From an uncultured Verrucomicrobiae bacterium (GTDB lineage Bacteria > Verrucomicrobiota > Verrucomicrobiia > Chthoniobacterales > UBA10450), in assembly GCA_963726745.1 (NCBI GenBank), contig CAVSDR010000003.1, positions 32,001 through 96,000 of the forward strand: a DNA stretch of 64,000 nucleotides, read 5' to 3'. The position numbers were made by a program, and so were the translations under genes. Below, piece by piece: positions 60,596-64,000 of this stretch. The stretch's first letter is position 1. Every line of letters begins with the position of its first letter. The notes below the pieces were generated by a model. The model had not been told where the DNA came from. It saw nothing but the letters and a program-made list of their open reading frames with translations, and did no database searches.

Positions 60596-63010
60596 TTACT
60601 CGTAGCGCAGCGCGATCATCGGATCGACTTTCATCGCCCGGCGCGCCGGCACATAGCTGGCGAGCAACGCGGCCAGCGCGAGCAGCGAAAGGACGAGCGC
60701 GTAGATCGAAAGATCATTCGCGCTCACGCCGTAAAGCAGGCTGGCCATGAGGCGCGTCAGCGCGAAGGCGCCGAGCAACCCGACCGCGAGCCCGACGGCC
60801 ACGATGCTCAGGCTTTGTCGCAAAATCATTTGCAGCATTTCCCCGCGCTGCGCGCCCAGGGCCATGCGGATGCCGATCTCTTTCGTGCGCTGGGCGACGC
60901 TGTAAGCGATGACGCCGTAGATGCCGATCGCGGCCAGGATCATGGCCACGCCGGCGAACGCGCCGAGCAGGAGCATGTGGAACCGCGGCTGCGCCAGCGT
61001 ACTCCCGATGGCTTCCGGCAGCGGCACCAGTTTCGCGACGTAAACGTCCGGATCGATTTCGTGAATCGCGTTGCGGACCGCGTGGTCCAGGCCGCTGAGC
61101 TGATCGGAAGCGGTGCGCAGGACAAGGTTGATCCGGCGATCGGGATCCTGTTCGAAAGGAATGTAAAACTCCGGCTGCGGCACCTGCGCGAGCGATTCGT
61201 GTCGCGTGTTGCCGACCACGCCGATGATCTCACGCGCCGGCGGGTTGGGTTCGTCCTGATCGACCAACACTCGTTCGCCGACGGGAGATTTTTTGTCCGG
61301 GAAAAATTTCCGCGCAAACTCTTCGTTCACCATGATGACGGGCGCTGCGTCTTTGCCATCGCGCGTCTCGAAAGTCCGGCCCGCGAGCAACGGGATGCGC
61401 ATGGCGCGAAAGTAGTCGCCCTTGATCGTGAGATGCGACGCGCCCGGATGATTGCCCGGACCGGGATCGGGGCGGCCGGCGATCCAAAAGGACGAGCCGC
61501 GATCGTTTCCCGAGAACGGCATCGGCATCGCGCCGCCGGCCGCTTCCACTCCGGGCAGAATCTTGAGCCGCGCTTGCAGCTGTTCCATGAACGCCTGCTG
61601 CCGCACGGGGTCGGCGTAATTCACGCGTGGCAGGGCGAGGTCAAGCGTGACCGCGCGTTGCGGATCGAAGCCGGGATTGGAATGGCTTAGGTTGCTGAAG
61701 CTTTTGATTAACAATCCCGCGCCCGCGAGCAGCAACATCGAGAGCGCGACCTGCACGATCACGAGCAGGGCGCGCACGCGATGCGATTCCGGGCCGACCG
61801 CGCCGCGATTTCCTTCCTGGAGCGCGGCGCTCACATTCGGTTTCGAGACCTGCAGGGCCGGGATGATGGCGAAGAGCAGCGTACTGAAAATCGCCGTGAT
61901 GAAAGTGAAGAGCACGACCGCCCCGTTGATCCGGATTTCATCGAGGCGCGGGACATCTTTCGGTCCGAAAAGCCGCAGCAAATCCACGCCCCACGAAGCC
62001 AGGAGAAGCCCGGCGAGCCCGCCGAAGAAGGCGAGCAAAAATCCCTCGGCGAGCAGTTGCCGCATGACCCGCAGACGACTCGCGCCGAGTGCCGTGCGGA
62101 TGGCAATCTCACGGCGACGAGCGGTCGCGCGCGCGAGCAGGAGATTGGCGACATTGGCGCAGGCGATCAAGAGAACTACCACGACCGCCGCCAGGACCGT
62201 GAGCAAGGCGAGACGCACGTCACCCACCAGATCCTGTTTCAAGGGGAGCGCGAAAAAGGAGCGGCCGGTGTTTGAATCGGGATACTCTTGCGCCAGGCGC
62301 GCGCCGAGCGCGGCGACCTCCGCGGTGGCCTGTTGCACATTGTAGCCGGGCTTGAGCCGGCCGACGACGCGGAGGAAATGGCCGCCGCGCATCTTCAGTT
62401 GCTTCGCAACCACCGGCGGCAGCGGTTCGTAAAAATCGCGCGAGGCGCCGACCGGATAACGAAAGCCCGCCGGCATGACTCCGACGATGGTGAAGGGCCG
62501 CAGCGACATCATCAGGTCGCGCCCGATGATGTTGCGATCGCCGTTGAACATCTGCTGCCAGAGTTCATAAGAGATCACGACCACGCGTTTTTCTTCGACC
62601 TCCTCCGTTCGGGTGTAGGCGCGCCCGAGGAGCGGTTGCACGCCAAGGACGGCGAAAAGATCCGAGGTGACGGCGAGCCCGCGCACTTCGCGCGCCTCAC
62701 CGCCATTCCCGGCGACGCCGCCCGCCTCGGTATAGGCCGCGAGATGTTCGATCGATTGCGCTTGGTCGCGCAGGTCGGCGTAATCCGGAAAGGAACTCGT
62801 CTCGCGCTCCGACTCGCCTTTCACCTTGCTCCAGACGGAGATTAATTGCTCCGGCTGTGCGAAGGGCAGCGGCCGCAGCAGGACGGTATCGATCACGCTG
62901 AAGATCGCGCTGTTCGCGCCAATGCCGAGCGCGAGGGTCACGACCGCAATGACGGTGAAAGCGGGCGCTTTCAGCAGCATGCGCAAGGCGAATCGAACGT
63001 CCGAGATCAT
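60596..63010 (-). CDS. Duplicated MacB/FtsX-type ABC permease (ADOP family)
   Basis: DVRFALRML.KAP.FT, LALGIGANSAIFS, LLIACANVANLLLAR, RTKEIGIRMALGA, VDPMIALRYE. Confidence 0.92.
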   Translation of the reverse strand: MISDVRFALRMLLKAPAFTVIAVVTLALGIGANSAIFSVIDTVLLRPLPFAQPEQLISVWSKVKGESERETSSFPDYADLRDQAQSIEHLAAYTEAGGVAGNGGEAREVRGLAVTSDLFAVLGVQPLLGRAYTRTEEVEEKRVVVISYELWQQMFNGDRNIIGRDLMMSLRPFTIVGVMPAGFRYPVGASRDFYEPLPPVVAKQLKMRGGHFLRVVGRLKPGYNVQQATAEVAALGARLAQEYPDSNTGRSFFALPLKQDLVGDVRLALLTVLAAVVVVLLIACANVANLLLARATARRREIAIRTALGASRLRVMRQLLAEGFLLAFFGGLAGLLLASWGVDLLRLFGPKDVPRLDEIRINGAVVLFTFITAIFSTLLFAIIPALQVSKPNVSAALQEGNRGAVGPESHRVRALLVIVQVALSMLLLAGAGLLIKSFSNLSHSNPGFDPQRAVTLDLALPRVNYADPVRQQAFMEQLQARLKILPGVEAAGGAMPMPFSGNDRGSSFWIAGRPDPGPGNHPGASHLTIKGDYFRAMRIPLLAGRTFETRDGKDAAPVIMVNEEFARKFFPDKKSPVGERVLVDQDEPNPPAREIIGVVGNTRHESLAQVPQPEFYIPFEQDPDRRINLVLRTASDQLSGLDHAVRNAIHEIDPDVYVAKLVPLPEAIGSTLAQPRFHMLLLGAFAGVAMILAAIGIYGVIAYSVAQRTKEIGIRMALGAQRGEMLQMILRQSLSIVAVGLAVGLLGAFALTRLMASLLYGVSANDLSIYALVLSLLALAALLASYVPARRAMKVDPMIALRYE

Positions 63011-63684
63011 CAGACGATGAAGCCATCGCGCAGCTGGACGACGCGGTTTCCGTAGCCGGCGTTCTTCTCCGAATGCGTGACCTGCACGATCGTGGTCCCC
63101 TCGGCGTTGAGCCGGCGGAAAAGCTCCATGATTTCCTCACCTTGCGACGAGTGCAGGTTGCCGGTGGGCTCGTCCGCGAGCAGGAGCTTGGGGCTGGAGA
63201 TGATCGCGCGGGCCACGCCTACGAGCTGTTGCTGGCCCCCGGAAAGCTGGCGCGGGTAAAGGTCTTTTTTGCCGACGATTTGGAAGCGATCCAGCACATC
63301 GGCTACGAGCGCGGCCCGCTCGGATTTGCCGACCTGCCGATAGGACAAAGGGATGTCTAAATTCTCGTAAACCGTGAGGTCGTCGAGCAGGTGATATTGC
63401 TGGAAAACGAAACCGATCTGCTCGTTGCGCAACTGCGCGCGGGCGTTCGGCTTCATCTGGTGGATCGCATTTTCCTCGAAGAAATACTCCCCGCTCCAGG
63501 CATGGTCGTGCATCCCGAGGACATGGAGGAGCGATGATTTCCCGGCACCGCTCGGGCCCATGATGGAGACGAAATCGCCCTGCTCGATGCGCAGGTTCAC
63601 GTCACGCAGAACGTAGAAGAACTGGCCTTTCGCCAACGGGTAGAAACGCTCGAGGTGTCGGAGTTCGATCAGTGGATTAGGCAT
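63010..63684 (-). CDS. ABC transporter ATP-binding protein (LolD/MacB-like)
   Basis: GPSGAGKS, LSGGQQQ, LADEPTGNL. Confidence 0.92.
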   Translation of the reverse strand: MPNPLIELRHLERFYPLAKGQFFYVLRDVNLRIEQGDFVSIMGPSGAGKSSLLHVLGMHDHAWSGEYFFEENAIHQMKPNARAQLRNEQIGFVFQQYHLLDDLTVYENLDIPLSYRQVGKSERAALVADVLDRFQIVGKKDLYPRQLSGGQQQLVGVARAIISSPKLLLADEPTGNLHSSQGEEIMELFRRLNAEGTTIVQVTHSEKNAGYGNRVVQLRDGFIV

Positions 63685-63691
63685 GGGAAAA

Positions 63692-64000
63692 TCACGGCAA
63701 CCGCTGGCTGAGGTACTCCGCCGCATCCTGCGCGATCATCGGATCGCGATTCGCCAAAACGATCACGGCGTAGCCTTCGTCCCAGAGGATGGTGAGCATT
63801 CCGTTCATCCCCGGTGCGCCGCCGCCGTGCCCGACGAAGCGCCGTCCGTCCTTCATCTGCTCCTCGATCCCGTAGGCATAGCGGTCGCCTTCGCGTGGCG
63901 TCGCCACCCGGCCGGTGACGAGGCGGTCGGTCATGTCCGGCGAGAGGAGTCGGTGGGTGCGCAAGGCGTGCGCAAAACGCATGAGATCGCCCGCGGTCGA
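63692..64000 (-). CDS. Serine hydrolase/beta-lactamase family, C-terminal part (5' end outside window)
   Basis: STAGDLMRFAHAL...YAYG...GHGGGAPG...VIVLAN. Confidence 0.75.
   Translation of the reverse strand, partial: STAGDLMRFAHALRTHRLLSPDMTDRLVTGRVATPREGDRYAYGIEEQMKDGRRFVGHGGGAPGMNGMLTILWDEGYAVIVLANRDPMIAQDAAEYLSQRLP

Overview
GC-rich (about 65% by eye) bacterial chromosome segment, most likely Verrucomicrobiota (Chthoniobacterales-like). The taxonomy is inferred from a DUF5069 gene, the tmRNA tag ending LALAA and secreted proteins ending in a duplicated 'NISTR...VLIGGFIV' domain. Content is mostly housekeeping: two bactofilins, tRNA-Ile2(CAU), treZ, a treS/maltokinase fusion, crcB, an ECF sigma factor, clpS, ybeY, panE, ndh, a stand-alone rpmI, SRP RNA, a TetR/HlyD/ABC efflux operon, recQ, pfkA, tmRNA, a sulfotransferase-asnB-glycosyltransferase locus, rarA, lhr, pilC, ubiA, rpiB, cbpA, thuA, pepF, hpt, moaD, two very large secreted beta-helix proteins, yajQ and an ABC system. 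About 14 genes carry short indels, which look like long-read assembly errors. I saw no integrase, transposase, prophage or CRISPR array. The strongest unexplained signal is a dispersed non-palindromic motif, CCTAACGAG (extended GCTGCCTAACGAG). By hand I count at least 26 exact copies and about 20 near copies, on both strands and in several reading frames, against about 0.4 expected by chance. A second dispersed motif, WWTTAGCCR (about 25 copies), shares the TTAG core. The pattern resembles DNA uptake sequences or a genome-wide protein-binding code, and I know of no description of it for this lineage. All counts are manual.
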